A stretch of DNA of 64,000 nucleotides from Octopus bimaculoides (Eukaryota): the NCBI RefSeq assembly GCF_001194135.2, contig NC_068982.1:129411677-129475676 (forward strand), written 5' to 3'. Below the pieces are notes generated by a model. The model was not told the origin of the DNA. It saw only the letters and a program-made list of their open reading frames with translations, and did not search any database. How positions within the stretch are numbered: position 1 is the stretch's first letter; every line of letters starts with the position of its first letter. Below, one piece after another: positions 29,625 through 51,312 of this stretch. The translations under genes were made by a program, and so were the position numbers.

Positions 29625-31220
29625 CTTTGAAGAAACTAGCTGTTTTCAAAATTTCTGGATTAAACAGACACAGAACTTTTTTTTTTTTTTTTTTTAAATA
29701 AAACAAAAAAGTTTAAAAAGAAAAGTTTGTTAATATATTTGATGCTAACATAAACTGTAATTAAGCTTCATTTTCAAACATTTGGCTTGTTTTTCATCCA
29801 GAGATAATTTCTCAAATAAAAGGAAAGTGTTATAGCCATAAATTTTTATGTTCTACATTCTAATTACTTGATATATTTCTTTGTAATCTGTTAATGATAG
29901 GAACTGATGATATATAATAGCTGAAAGGCTAATATGCTGGATTCCTGGTTCTTGAATTATAATTGCCATGGATATCTTAATCCAGTTTGCTATAATCTTT
30001 CAGCTGGAATATAAGACATCTGGTATCTACTTCCTTGAGTTATGTACTTAATACAAGTTAGTCTACATTACTCCTTAAAGAGCATAGGGCCAGTTTCCTG
30101 ATCTCTCCAGCATACATATCCCTCCTTAGATGGCACACCAATCCATGGCAGGATTACTTATTTTACCAGTTGAGTTGACTGCAGCGATGTGAAATGAAGT
30201 GTTTTGCTCAACACAATGCATCGCCCAGTCCAGGAATTGAAACCATAATCTTACAATCACAAATCCAACACCCTAACCACTAAGTCATGTATCTCCACAT
30301 GCTTAAAATAGCATCATTCAATTATTGTTGTTGTCTAATGTGACAAACTGGTAGAATAAGATAAAATGCTTAGAAGCATTTTTTCCTACTCATTATGTTC
30401 CAAGTTCAAATCTTGCCAAGGTTGACTTTGCCTTTCATTTTTTGGAGGTTGATAAAATAAGTATCAGTTGATGTAATCAACTTACCCACTCCTCTAAAAC
30501 TGCTGGCCGTGTGCCAAAATTTGAAACCATTATTGTGAACTCTAAGGCAGTAAGCTGGCAAAATTGTTGGTGCATCAGGAAAATGTTTAGTGGAATTCCA
30601 ACTTTTTACATGAAGTTCAAGTTCTGCCATAGTTGACTTTGCCTTTCATCCTTTTGGGGTTGATAAAATAAAGTACCAATCAAGTACAACAGTTAATCTA
30701 ATTGAATTGTCCCCTGAAATTGCTAGTTTTGTGTTAAAATTAGAAATAATTACTGTTGACTCCATAATTATGGAATCTCCATGACAGTAGATGAAATATT
30801 AGAAAGAGAAAACATAATTTCTTGAAATTTTGAATAAAATGCAAGTAAACCTAATGAGCTACCTAGCCCTGGGGTATCTGAATGTAAGCTTCTTATGCTA
30901 TTGCAGTAACTATGTGTTGGCTTCTGTCTCGATGAAAAATACCTGTGGACACTCAAACTGGCCCACTATCTACGTTATATTCTAACAGCACAGATCTGGC
31001 CTCTCATACCAATCCTACAATGCTATTCTAAAACTAAAACAATCACATCATTGAAATTGCAAAGCTATGAGATAATTATAGTAAAGTATTTTAGTTTGGT
31101 TTGGAAGATGCTTTCTTAATTTGACCAACTTTTATAACCTGAAAGTAAGAACACTGTTCTGAATGAATTGAGGCTAACATTAATTTAAATCTAATCTTGG
31201 TCTTGCTGTTTATCATATAC

Positions 31221-31510
31221 TCGTCCAACCCATGCTAGCATGGAAAGCGGATGTTAAAAAACAATGATGATGATGGTGATCATCATCATCGTTTAACGTC
31301 CGCTTTCCATGCTAGCATGGGTTGGACAATTTGACTGAGGACTGGTGAAACCAGATGGCTACACCAAGCTCCAATCTGATTTGGCAGAGTTTCTACAGCT
31401 GGATGCCCTTCCTAACGCCAACCACTCCGTGAGTGTAGTGGGTGCTTTTATGTGCCACCGGCACGAAGGCCAGTCAGGCAGTACTGGCAATGGCCATGCT
31501 CAAAATGGTG
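31221..31510. mobile_element. Two RTE 3' ends joined tail-to-tail (+ 31221-31277, - 31278-31510)
   Basis: tcgtccaacccatgctagcatggaaagcggatgttaa...gatgatgatggtgat catcatcatcgtttaacgtccgctttccatgctagcatgggttggac. Confidence 0.88.
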
Positions 31511-33059
31511 ACTTATTTAAATACATTGAATGATCCAAATGTTGCTGGATTTTTCTTCTCGGCTTTACCACCAGATCACTAATATCTACAAAGGTTTTGC
31601 TATTTTTTAAAATTGTAAACATCTCTGTATACAGGTTTCTCTATTGTTGATACCCCATTATCTACCCATCCCTATTTGACATTTTTTTTTCATAATTCAT
31701 TATTTGTACATAAAATATCTTATGGCGTAAATGTTCTAAATGAAGTTAATCTTGATTACACTAGCAAGACAATTTATTTTCTCTCTCTAGCAATAATGTA
31801 TATATAACACTCAGAATAATATTTCAAACAGGAACTCTGTTATTGTTTCACTTTTGTTTTGAAAGGTCTCAGATTTTCAGCAATCAAGTGACTTCAACCT
31901 AAACCCCAAATAAGCAGCCAGAAAAAGTGTATTTTGAAAAAGTACAAAAACAAGAGAGTCTAATTTCCTTTTTACTTCATATATAACAAATTTATTCCAA
32001 ATATCTTAGCTTGGAATATTAAGTTAGAAAATTAAGATTCTAGTATAACATTGATTAATAAGAATTATATATAACATTTGTTATTTGCATGGTAAGTGAT
32101 GATCTGAGATTGTGTGAACAAACACATCGGGGAAGAGTCATGACAACCATTTAACACACACATACACTATTAAATAAATTCATTTTACTTGTTGATAATA
32201 TTGCATACCATTAACTGTTGAAGTTTTATATATCTATGATTTGGTCATAATACTATCCAGAAATAAAAATTTATACTAAAGAAAAAAATATTACAATATA
32301 TTCTTTAAATTAGAATTGAAAATTTGTATATTCTTCCTAGAAAACATATGCAATCAGATTAGACTAATGACACCTAGCCATACTTGCATTTGATGTAAAA
32401 TTTTCTACAGGCACAATAAAGGCATTTCAATCCAATAATTCCTAAATTGATATTTTTAGTGGTCCTCTCCCACCATTAAATAAACTTATTTAAAGCCTGA
32501 CAAAACATTCCAAATTGTAAAGTTCAACAATAACACTTCACATTTTCATTATCTTTAAGCGGGCATTCTTCAAATCTTATAAATAATTTTTTCAGCTGAT
32601 GGTAGTAATTAGTTCAATGTCTCTCAGCACAAGGTTTTCATATAGTTATAAACACTGTCCAACAAAGTTTTACAGATTTTCTTTAAAAAAGATATAACAA
32701 TAAAGATTCTTTGAAATCAAGTGTTCTCTAAGAAAACATTCAACAAACTTTGAAACTTTAATGAAAATTTCATGGAGTTCAATAAAGTTTCAGAATTTAA
32801 TGAAATTAAGAACATTTCATCTTGAAGTTCAATAAATTTACAAGCACTTTCATTATGAGTAAGATACTATACAATTTTTCAGAATATTTTAATCTAGTAA
32901 TGGAGATAATTTAAATTACATCAATAAATATAAGAAACAGACTTTATATCACCTGGGGAAAATTTTATATACAAACAATACTAATTTACTGAAATTAAGT
33001 TGAACAAAAGATTTCAAAGAGATAGTTCAGATATGTAATATTTTGTTTAAAAAAAAAAA

Positions 33060-33330
33060 ACACTCCAGACTCTTGCCCAAAGGCATGCTGTCTCTTCTCT
33101 ATGTATTCTATCACTACTATAATGGCCTCTGTTCCTCAGAGCTGCTTGGTCTTGCATCTCCATCACTCATGGCCCATTCATCTTTTCACCTCTTATCACT
33201 TGATGCCTCCAACTCCCTTAACCCCTCACTAACCATTATACCCAGTTCTTTCTCTTCTGAATATCAATACTCCAGAATCTTCTCCCTGCAACAGTTTAAA
33301 TGGAACATTAACAGCATGAAGGCCATCAGT
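33060..33330 (+). mobile_element. L2/CR1-group LINE RT C-terminal remnant
   Basis: Reads LSLLYVFYHYYNGLCSSELLGLASP, resembling the SLSLFYRYYxGxCSSEL motif downstream of RT in L2-group elements. Confidence 0.45.
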
Positions 33331-34333
33331 TTCAAAGGATCTGCAAAGGTCATGAGCCATGTCCCTTTCTCCAGACTTAAGTGAAAAAAAGATCATTGAG
33401 CTACTAATTCATAAATAAGAAATTAAACTCATCAATCTCTGCTGAATGCTTCTAGTAACTCAAGTTTAAAATAAAGGTAAAATTGATTTTAAACCAGCAA
33501 GAAGAGGAAAGCTGATTTAATAATAATAATGATATACTTATACAAACTTGAAGACTTAGCAATAGGAAAATAGTTGAGAGTCAGAACAAAGTCAAAGACT
33601 TAACTCATAAAGATCTTATAAATTACATCACAGAACCTATTGTAACAGTATTATTTATATGGAATCTCAGAATGAAAAGAAGGAAAACAGGAATCTACAT
33701 TATCATTTGTTATGCTAGTAGAGAACTCTGAAGTTATAAGATAAATGAGGTGTTCATACCTTCACTAATAAGATAAAGGGTATAAATAAAACCATTTTTA
33801 TTTAATCACAACTTCCATGGATCACAAATGGCCACTACTTGCCACAGTAACAAAAAAATAACAAGGAAGGGAAATACAGTACACTGTATCAGAAAATTGT
33901 TTACATCTAATTTAGATAAAAATATTTAAATCTAATTCAATTTCTTTCAAATTGATTAAGGGACCAATCTTCAAAATATCATTCAGTGACTTATACAACA
34001 ATCAGTATATACAATGTATTAATATTTTGTATAAGAATAATAGGAAGGAAAAAATAAATACCAACAGTCTTGTAGCTAATTACATACCAGATACTTTGGT
34101 GATCAAACAATTCACTAAGTAAATAATCTACACAAAGAATCAGTACGATGCTATCATCTTGAATATACTGGACTGGAATGTAAATGGAGAAAGACTGATT
34201 ACACAAGGTCTTTTTGATTAAACTCTATTGTCTTTCAATACAATATTAGTAACATGTAAATAATACATCCAATTTACAAAGCCAGAATTAGGTTTTGGAA
34301 TGTCCGTCAACATGAAAATGTTTTGTCTCATAA

Positions 34334-37300
34334 TCAATGTTCAGGCTGGTCAGAACTGTTGCCACTGTTATTCTGCATTTGTAGCTCTTGGCGAATATCC
34401 TTTGTAGAGGCAAGTAGATCCTTAAGCCGAGCATACAGTCCATCACTCTGCTCTTCCAAGGTCGCCAGACATGTATCCAGCTGGTCCAGGGTATTATTTA
34501 GGGATACATATTCTGAAAATATAAATTTCTGGACATTAGAAAAATATAAACATAAATCATTCTTTAAAAGCTAAAGTAGCATAAAAGAATATAGACCAGT
34601 TTTAGTGATCAGGTAGATATATCTCTGTTTAATAAGTAAAAAATATTACTACATTCTGAGTTCAAATGCTGCTGGGGTTAACTTCATCTTTCATCCTTTC
34701 AGGATCAATAAAGTAAGTACCAGTTGAACAATGGAGTTGATATAATTGACTTAGCCCCACCCCTATAATTGCTGGCAGCATCGTTAGTATGCCGGGTGAA
34801 GTGCTTAGTAGTATTTTGCCTCTCGCTATGTTCTGAGTTTAAATTCCACCAAGGTCGACTTTGCATTTCATCCTTTCAGTGTTGATAAAGTAGGTACCAG
34901 TGAAACACTGGGATTGATGTAATCAATTTATCCCCTCCCCAAAATGCTGGCCTTGTGCCAAAATTTGAAATCATTACTATTATTATTATTATTTTACTAT
35001 CAGTGCAGTTAAACAGTTTGGATATGAAGTTCCATCTAATTTTCTAGCACCATCATCGTGTAACATTCGCCTTCCATGCTGGACAGTTTAACAGGCACTG
35101 GCCAGGCAGACGACAGCACTTATCTTCTGCGTCTGTTTTGGCACGGTTTTTATGACTGGATGCCCTTCCAAACACCAACCACTTTAGTGTGGACTGGATG
35201 CTTTTTACGTGGCACCAAGTAACTTGCAAGACAAAGAACTTTTGAGAGGGGAGGGAGCATTGGAAGATGGGATCTTGTGTCAGATGACACGAGGTTAGTG
35301 TCACAGAGGAAGAGAGAGACATAGACAAGAGCAGGCGTCTTGCTGCATAGGAGGTACGAGAACCTTTGAGAGGGGGAGGGGGAATTGGAGGAGGTGGTCT
35401 CGTGTCAGATGACGAAAGGTTAGAGTGTAACAGAGAGACAGAAACAGGTGTCTTGCTGTAGATGAGGTACATGGTTACCTGGCCAGTAAGAGAGAGAAAG
35501 AGTGATCAAGAATGAGGACAGTAACAGGTGTGCTGCTGTAAAGGAGATGATACATGGTTACTTAGCCAGAAGGAAGAGGAAGAGAAAGTGGAAGACAGTA
35601 AGAGTACAAGAGAGAGCAGAAAGGAGATGGTGGCAAAGTGCCATGGCAAACTCACAAGGAACGGGGATCAGAACATAGATTGGATGGTAGAATAAAGGAA
35701 GAGAGAGCTAAATGGTAGCAACTACCAGGGCATTCCATCAAGGTACAGAGGTCAAAACTTTCTAGAATACTTCAACCTACAAAAGTAACACTGTATGTTG
35801 TGGACCAGAAGCCACTACATTTGCTTCAAACATGCAAATAACTCTCCTCCATTTTATCTGTCTTACAACCATAGTTACCAAGAGCAAAAACTTTATCTAA
35901 CTGAACCTGTTTTACAAGGTGACTAACCTCGATAGTGCTTACTTTATTATCTTCGTCAAACTCTTTAATCTTTCTCTCCAGTGATCTGAGCCAAACAATG
36001 GATATGAGACACAACAGTTCCTATATCCCCAACAAAAGTAGCCTTTCTAATCCTGACAAAAACTGTCCATAAGTCCTCACTTTCAAAATCTAAACAGTGA
36101 AGGAGACAGTTGTAAACTACTTCCTTTGTGAGCTTGAGTTTCTCTCTCCGTCATTACTAACAAACAACACAGCTTCTGTGTAAACAGATCTAAAAGAAAT
36201 ATTTGTGCTTGTATGTCAATGATCAGTTATTTTAAACATTACCCAATGGATAAATTACAATTCAGTTTCTTTTATCAATATTATGACCCAATAATATATG
36301 TTAGCTAAACAGTCTTGCACTACATTTTGTTTTGTTCATTGTATATGAATAGAAAACAACTAAAGCCCATAAATTCACAAGGACTAAATTTTAAATTCCT
36401 GATATCTTATGTCAACTTGCATTTCAAATAAGTATCCTCTTTAGGACCGGAAAATACTAGAAAGTCAAGCGACCATATAGTGACACGTTATTTGTTTCCA
36501 AGCTATATTTTTCCTGCTGGTGTCAATGCCAGAAGTTCGACCACATAGATTTCACTTGTGAGGCCTCTTAAGGTCATAGAAACTTCCTTCGTTTATCTAA
36601 ATAACAATTATGATTAATTCTTACAAGGACTCAAACTTTGGGAGAGGGTAAAGTATATCAACCACAGTATTTTACTTTATTGACCCTGGAAATCAACTCG
36701 GACAGGATTTAGCTAAATTCTTCGGAGTTTAAAAGAATTTAGCTAAATATCACAAGCCTGATGTACTTCCTACTGATTCTGCCGTCAATAAAATTGTTTC
36801 ATTTATTGGCCACCAAGGACCAATTTCTACATACAACAGGGAAAATATAGACATAGGGATTACAATCATATGATGGACAAAATAACTATGAAAATGAAAG
36901 GAGACCTAAGGATGTTATACAATGAACATATCAAAAAATATAAATATAAATTGAAATCAATACAGGATAAATATATGATTATATAAATATACACAAAAAA
37001 TTTAAACAAAATACAAACTAAAACATGAGGCGTAAGTTGGATAGCCCAGCTGCAGTGATGCGTAGGAATCCACTGGCTACATCAGGTCCAGAACACCCCA
37101 AGAATCCTACCCAATACTCATACGTGTGCATCCGAAAGTATCATTTCTCAAGTTAGATGAACACCTTAAGACCCAACTAACACAAGAAGTTGCTTTTGGT
37201 GGACGTTCGTTGTACCCACACTCCAAATCATACTCTGGGGACCTCTACGTGGTTACTTGAATAGTTAAAAACACTAGTTAAATAGCTAAAAACTACTCCC

Positions 37301-38137
37301 TACCATCTTCAAAACAGGAAAGGATACATTGGAGAGTGCAGTCCAAGATACATTGAACAAGTTGGAATATTGCTTGGTAATTAACAAGTTGGAATATTGC
37401 CTGTTCAATTAAGTCTGACTTGGGGTTAAACAATAATATTGATCCACAATCAATTTTATAAGCTATAATATTGAGCAGTGTGTTTTGACTTATTTAAGGA
37501 AAAATTTCTTAACGTCTTCCGAATTTGTAGTTGCAAAATGCTAGTGGCCTTCTCACCTTAGGCCTCTTGTACACTTTTTGTGGAAATACTTAATTTCGCT
37601 TATTTCGACTGAAAAACGTCCATCTGTTGAAAAACAAAGTAATTAAGGACAAGATAATTATGAAGCTGTGAATTCTAAAGCATTTTAAATGTTAAGTAGC
37701 TTCCCCAGTCAATCTTTTTTTTCCATTCAAACAAATTGTCAACAATAATAGCGAAACCCATATTCTACTTCTCTAGAGTAATGACCAGTTGTCTTGATGA
37801 AAGATGGAATTTCAGCGAGTAGAAATCTTTTTAAAAATTCAAGTACCACAAGTTCTGAAATTCATTTTTAGAAAGACATCTTCTCGAAATTACAGCTTAA
37901 ATTGGGAAATACACGCTCTTCTATAACATAAAAGTTAACTTGGATGATAGGTGTCAAAATTATTTTGAATCATCTTTTTACTGGAAAAAGAAAAAGATTA
38001 TTTTTTTTACCTTGGCTACAATGGTCCACAATATCGTCAAGGTCTCCTATGTCCTCCGGATCAATTACAACTTCGACGTTTTTAGGAGATTTCATCGTAT
38101 CCTCTGCATCAGACGGTTCTCCGTCTCCGCAAGACAT
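34334..38137 (-). CDS. BBLN: Bublin coiled-coil protein (UPF0184 / C9orf16 homolog), 101 aa
   Basis: Exon 38137-38011 MSCGDGEPSDAEDTMKSPKNVEVVIDPEDIGDLDDIVDHCSQ, phase-1 GT-AG intron, exon 34512-34334 EYVSLNNTLDQLDTCLATLEEQSDGLYARLKDLLASTKDIRQELQ...*. The second exon matches the C9orf16 signature [36 protein letters not shown]. Confidence 0.9.
35050..35500 (-). mobile_element. Diverged RTE-related 3' end with a purine-rich internal tandem duplication
   Basis: catcatcgtgtaacattcgccttccatgctgg...ggatgcccttcc, then two copies of tgtcagatgac...ggtgtcttgctg. Confidence 0.55.
35830..36190 (-). mobile_element. Possible L1/Tx1-like endonuclease-region remnant
   Basis: Frameshifted fragments resemble D-VFVR, YPLFGSDH (SDH motif) and LVKQ...GN; weak. 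Confidence 0.3.
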
Positions 38138-38159
38138 CTTACTGATCACATGTTAATCT

Positions 38160-38981
38160 GAAATAAAACATTTGCTGATTGGTCGAAATTGCAAACCTTA
38201 CCGACCAATTACAGAGCAGGTTTTAAACCACAATTACTTAGTTGTAAAATCTCTAATATCCTTATCTATTTTTGTTGGTAAGTAGAATCATTATTTCATC
38301 CATTTGCATCCCTAATAATATTTAATAATAGGTTCATAATTTCATTTAATGGATTATTGATTATTTGATTTATTTAAGTTTTGAGATATTTTCTTGGGAA
38401 TGTATAATTTTATTTCCTCGTTTTTAATCTTACGTCTTCGCGGTACAATTGACCTTTTCCATATCATATCAGTTATCATTAATTTTGATTTCATTAATAT
38501 AACTAAACATACCATTTCAATACCACTCCGAAAAGGAATTTATATTCAAGAAAAATGAAATGCAGTATTTTAGATATGCATTTTACATTCGTTTAAAATT
38601 GTTCTCACAGTTAATGGAAAGTTCGTTTTTTTTTTGTAATATGTGCTGATGCGTCGCCATTTTTATACTCTGGGCTTCTTCTTTAAATTACTTCTCGTCC
38701 GCCTTTTATTAAACTATTATATAAATAAACTTGCACGATAATTGTATTCAGTAGTCTTAAATGAGTAAAGAATAATGTTAGCGAATAGATTCGAAGTTTT
38801 CTCATTAGTTACCCACTATAAAGGCCTTTGTTTCCTCAATAGTGTGTGTGTTTGCTCTTGCTTTCTTCTCCACGCATGCCGGCTCGAATGGCCGAAGCTG
38901 AAAGAGGCTCGGCAATAGTTATTACTTGTTGTAATGAATATTTTCCTTCGATCTTTTTCAAGCAAGCAATTCGTTAGCGGA
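38160..38981. promoter_or_regulatory. Candidate bidirectional promoter region between BBLN and DDX39, including the DDX39 non-coding first exon
   Basis: ATGs are 1.14 kb apart head-to-head. CpG-enriched; inverted CCAAT pair attggtcg/cgaccaat (38178-38209); YY1-like cgccatttt (38655-38663); donor gga|gtaagt at 38982 and acceptor at 39250 upstream of the DDX39 ATG. Confidence 0.6.
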
Positions 38982-39275
38982 GTAAGTTTTTTTTTTTTTT
39001 GTATTAATCACTAGGATATTCGGTGTCTAACTTGGAATTTATTTGTAAACTGTTCAAAATGAATATATCACTACGACGATTGGCAATATTAGTAATACTT
39101 ATTCATTTTAGTAAACATTGCGGCTTTCTTGCAGCTTTCCTAAATGGTTTTTAAAAATGATCTATCTTGTTTGTAATCTGTTTATTCTTGCATTTTGGAA
39201 TCTCTTTTTTTCGTGTAAATAAATACATGTTTTGATATATTTATTTTCAGAATTGTCAACTTTCTGAAAGTAGCC

Positions 39276-46981
<7,706 letters not shown>

Positions 46982-48283
46982 ATAACAACCAGATTCTGAA
47001 GCTGTGTGGATGAAGTGTGCATGTCTGTGAGATAATCATTTTAAAATTACATGGGAATAACCATAAACATCCTTCATTTTTAAATGTATCAATTCCTATG
47101 TATTATAACATTAAACTTTTTATTTTGTTCATTTTTCAATTTAATTGTACAATTATATTTGGATTCAAAATGATCCTTTTGTCTTTGCATTCAGATTATC
47201 ACCACCATGGTTTATTTTCCTTGTAAATCATGCTTCCTGTTGGTAATTTTAATAAAACAATCTCAGGCTAGCATTTTAAATTTTTAGAAGTATTTCTTAA
47301 AAGTTTAAAAGCAGTAGCTATTTTATTGTTTTCCATTTTCTCATTTAAAAAGTTATTATTCAGATAATTTTTATAAATTGATAGTTTTTTCCCCCCTGCA
47401 CATCCCATCAGATTGGGATGGTAAAACTAACTTTTGTTTTTATCATCTCATTTTTTTGGCTAAAGTTCTGGAGAATTTTTCATGGTGAAGTTAATTTGGA
47501 TGCTGTTTTTAATAAAATAAAAATATTCAGCTTGAAACAATCGGATTCCTTTTATTTATTTCGAAAGAAATTTCTTAAATCTCAGATTAAATGAGATTTG
47601 GATAATTCTTACACAATTTCTTCTGACTTTAGCTTGAAGTTAAGTTACAGATTTTGCTGTAATTTATTAAAACATTCAGAAATCACTATTGTAAATGAAG
47701 GTATATAAGTAAAATGTAAAATGAAGTTTTATTTTTCATAAAATTCAGATCATCATGTCTGTGTGAGGGTAGTTAAATTTTTTTTTTCAATGTGACTAGT
47801 GAAAATATCTAATTGAAAATGTAATAGTCTGCAAATAACCTTTTTAAGGTAGAATTTGGACATGTAGACACAACCCCTTAAATGCAAAGCAAAATTTTGT
47901 GGCTATTCCAGTAATGATGTTAAATATCTACCAAAAAAAAATTTGGTGTTTGCAAGTTATATTTCCTCAAACTTGACATGTCTCCACAAAAAATAGTTTC
48001 AATTCTGAATTCCTCAACAAAAGATTGGTATACACAATTCCTTTCCACAGTTAAGTAATGAAATTTTGAAAGGATATATCTGATTTCTGCAGTAGAAGAG
48101 GGTTAATAAACAAAATGTGAAGCTTGCAACAGGAATTTAACTTTTTAGTCTGAAGTTGTAGGTTCAGTACAGCATTTCTGATACATATAGTTAAACAATT
48201 TCACTGAGATGTACTGCAAGCACCTAATCACTAACCATTTATTTGTTTTATATCAAATTATGTGAATTGGGACATTGGTTTTA

Positions 48284-49029
48284 CAGGATGTTTGGATCGT
48301 ATTTGATGATTTTTTAGTCTCCATTTTACAGAATCGGCTTGATGTATTGAGGAACAGTCAGTGGTGTTAGAAAGCATAAAAAATTAAAGTTGTAGTTGAG
48401 AAAAAGTTAGCTGCCATGGAGGACAAGAGGTCTGAATATTGAAAAAGTTATTTCTATCAAGATTCATGCCAACATCATGACTGTTGCTCAATAAGCACTA
48501 AAAAGGTTATAAGAGGTGTCCTGGACAGCTACAACAGAAACTACGAAGCCATGGCCAACAGACATATCTCCAGTGAGGATGATGTCAGGTCACATCCTTG
48601 AATAGGAGCTTGTTCAATTCAGACTGCTATGTGAAGTTGCTAGAGACTGGTTGGAGATGGTTGCTGCTGGGAAGGCCAAATATGTAGGAGCAGTATTTGG
48701 CTCTTTACCATACCTCTAGAAAATCCAAATAGTTGTTGGAGAATTTCTACTTCATCAGCCTCAATTTTTTGCCTCCTATTTCCCCAATTGTAATCCCATG
48801 GATTCCTATGTGCAGGTGGTGGTCAAGATCTCCAGATGTTGAAAATATTGCCAGGTTACGGAGTCACCTTGAGGCTGCGGTGAAAATTGAGAGCAGCTAC
48901 TTCCAAGTAAACTGCTATCTCCCAGCCATAATCTAGTTCATATCTTCTGTCTGAAATACTTTTATTTTTGGATGGGATATTCTTTTCTTTCCCTTTTATG
49001 CAAATTCAAATTTAGCCTGAAACACCCTG
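48284..49029 (+). mobile_element. Decayed, deleted Tc1/mariner (maT-like) transposon
   Basis: TA|caggatgttt ... aaacaccctg|TA termini. Frameshifted transposase fragments SSEDDV, EMVAAG, ENFYF...FLPPISP/NCNPMDSYV, ARLRSHLEAAV...YF resemble WPPNSPDxNPxDY and RFRxRLEAV. Confidence 0.75.
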
Positions 49030-51312
49030 TAGGATTGTATTTGGTATGAAATATATATTTCAAGGGAGTTTGTAAACCTTTCATTTTGTTGTTAGTATTT
49101 ATAATCTTTGTCAAGATACAATATAAAGTGTCCATTTACTGAATTCCATTCAAAGTATTGGTAGACATTAGGCTGCTGTGCAGAGTGATTTTCAATATTT
49201 GATGAAGTCCAAGTTAAAAAAGATCAATTATTAATAGATGAAAGGGAAAGGCAAAATCCTTCCATTGACATTATACACCTATTAGGAATTTGTAATAAAA
49301 GTGATATAAATGCAAGAAATTAAATACAAATGTTTGGAAGAAGTTTATTGACACTATAGGCAAACAATATAAATAACCAAAAGAAACAAGTGATACTGAA
49401 AAATAAGTGTGGAGAGAAAACTGTGCATTGAAAATATTCATTTCTCAGAAAGAAAAAAAAATTTACATGAAGCTAAGAAATAAATTGTTTTTTCATAATA
49501 GAAAAAGACCAATATATTATACTGCAGAACATTTTGAAAACGCAAAAAGCATTTATAAATGTGTTCTGGACCATTAAGAAGACTTTCTGCACAAGGGACA
49601 GCTGCACCTTTTTTTTTAATCTATTCTATCAATGTGAAATAAATGATTACAATTTGCAGTACTTAAAGCTAGTAATTCAAAACTGCAAGATGAAAATCAG
49701 AGATCCAGATAGTGTGCATATATTAGTTCCAAATGTAATCCTAAAATACACATACTTATAGCTATGTCTTCATTATTGTTTATAATATGTCAACAGTAAC
49801 AGAGAAATATTTTCTATTTAGAATTTATTGAATTTGACTTACAAGAAAAGGAAACAGCTAACAATTTTGAAAGGTTAAGTATAAGTAGGAATTGATATAT
49901 CAATGGGAACCAAAAAAAAAGAATTGAAATATAAATTACTACTATTAAAAATTTCTAATAAGTATTAGATAAACTAAAATTGTCAAACAAATTTTGAAGT
50001 ACATTTACTTTACATTCAAAATAACAGCAATTAAATACAAAACAAAATTCAAGCATAAAAAATTTTCTACTTCATAAGGAGATTATGGAATTCTTGATAT
50101 TTACTCACTGAGTCAGATGTTTTGATGTTATATATTTGGAATTAATCTAATATTAAAGCAACTAAATAAATACTTATTTGTGTAACAAAACTAGCTTTGG
50201 AGAGTTAAAAATTAAGACCAGTGATAAGTTGTGTTTCAAAACAATTTAGTCTCAATAAGAATTTTGATACAATTGGTTGAAAAACTGCAGTAGTTAATTT
50301 GGTAAGAAAAACAGCAACCCCAAAGCAAATTAATATGTAAAATACTCTCTATTCCATTAAAAGAAAGAAAAAAAGAATATGAACTTTGGTCATTAATAAT
50401 CGATCACAATTACAATTTCATCATTCAACCCAGATAACGGAACTGGAAACGTTAGACCTCTTCCTCAAGGCTAAAGTTATTTATCCCTCTCGGTGAACTT
50501 TTTTTCTACCTGCTACTAGTCAACGCATATTTGGAGTTCACAAGCACGTGAGTAATTTACAAGTCATCTAGGGTAAAGGGGAAACAACTGAAATACTTCG
50601 AGAAAATGGCCCTATGGATTAATTGCCAAGCATACAGATGTATAAAATTTCTCTAGTAAGTCTACTTATTCAAAACATCTGGACGGATTTTTAGAAAAAC
50701 GTGTCCATCTATAACTGCTAAAGAAGGCATATGCAAATGGGAGTTCATATGCAAGAAAAATGAAAATTTCATTGTAAAAATATGCCATCTTTGAAAAAAC
50801 AGAAATATAATAATTAAGCTTTAAATATTATATAAGATTAAAAATAACTGAAATCAAAGATAAATATCAAGTATCAAAAACGAAATCTTTCAAATAAAAT
50901 ACGAAGGTATGAACTGTATAGCAGGTTAGTCCAATTTGTTGAAACAGCTACAATTAACAGCTTAAGGAAAGATGACAGCTGATACTAAGATGTGAAAGAA
51001 CTGCTGGAAAATAAGTTTGTACTGAATTCCATGGATCTCTTCTGGAAAGTTGTAGAAAAATTGTAATGGCATCAATAAAACTCAATGTATACAAGAGTGA
51101 AATAAATTGCTTAAGTTACTACTTCACACAAAAGTCAAAAGGGTAGGGGGAAACACAAGCAAAAAAATTCTTCCTTTAAAATATACACACTCAACAGCAA
51201 CAGTTTATATTGGAAGAAATACCAAGTCTAAAAATGTCTTTTTTTTTCTGAGTGTCTAAGATCAACAATCAGATACCAAAATTAATCCAAACTTGTTAGC
51301 ATTATAAATTAT

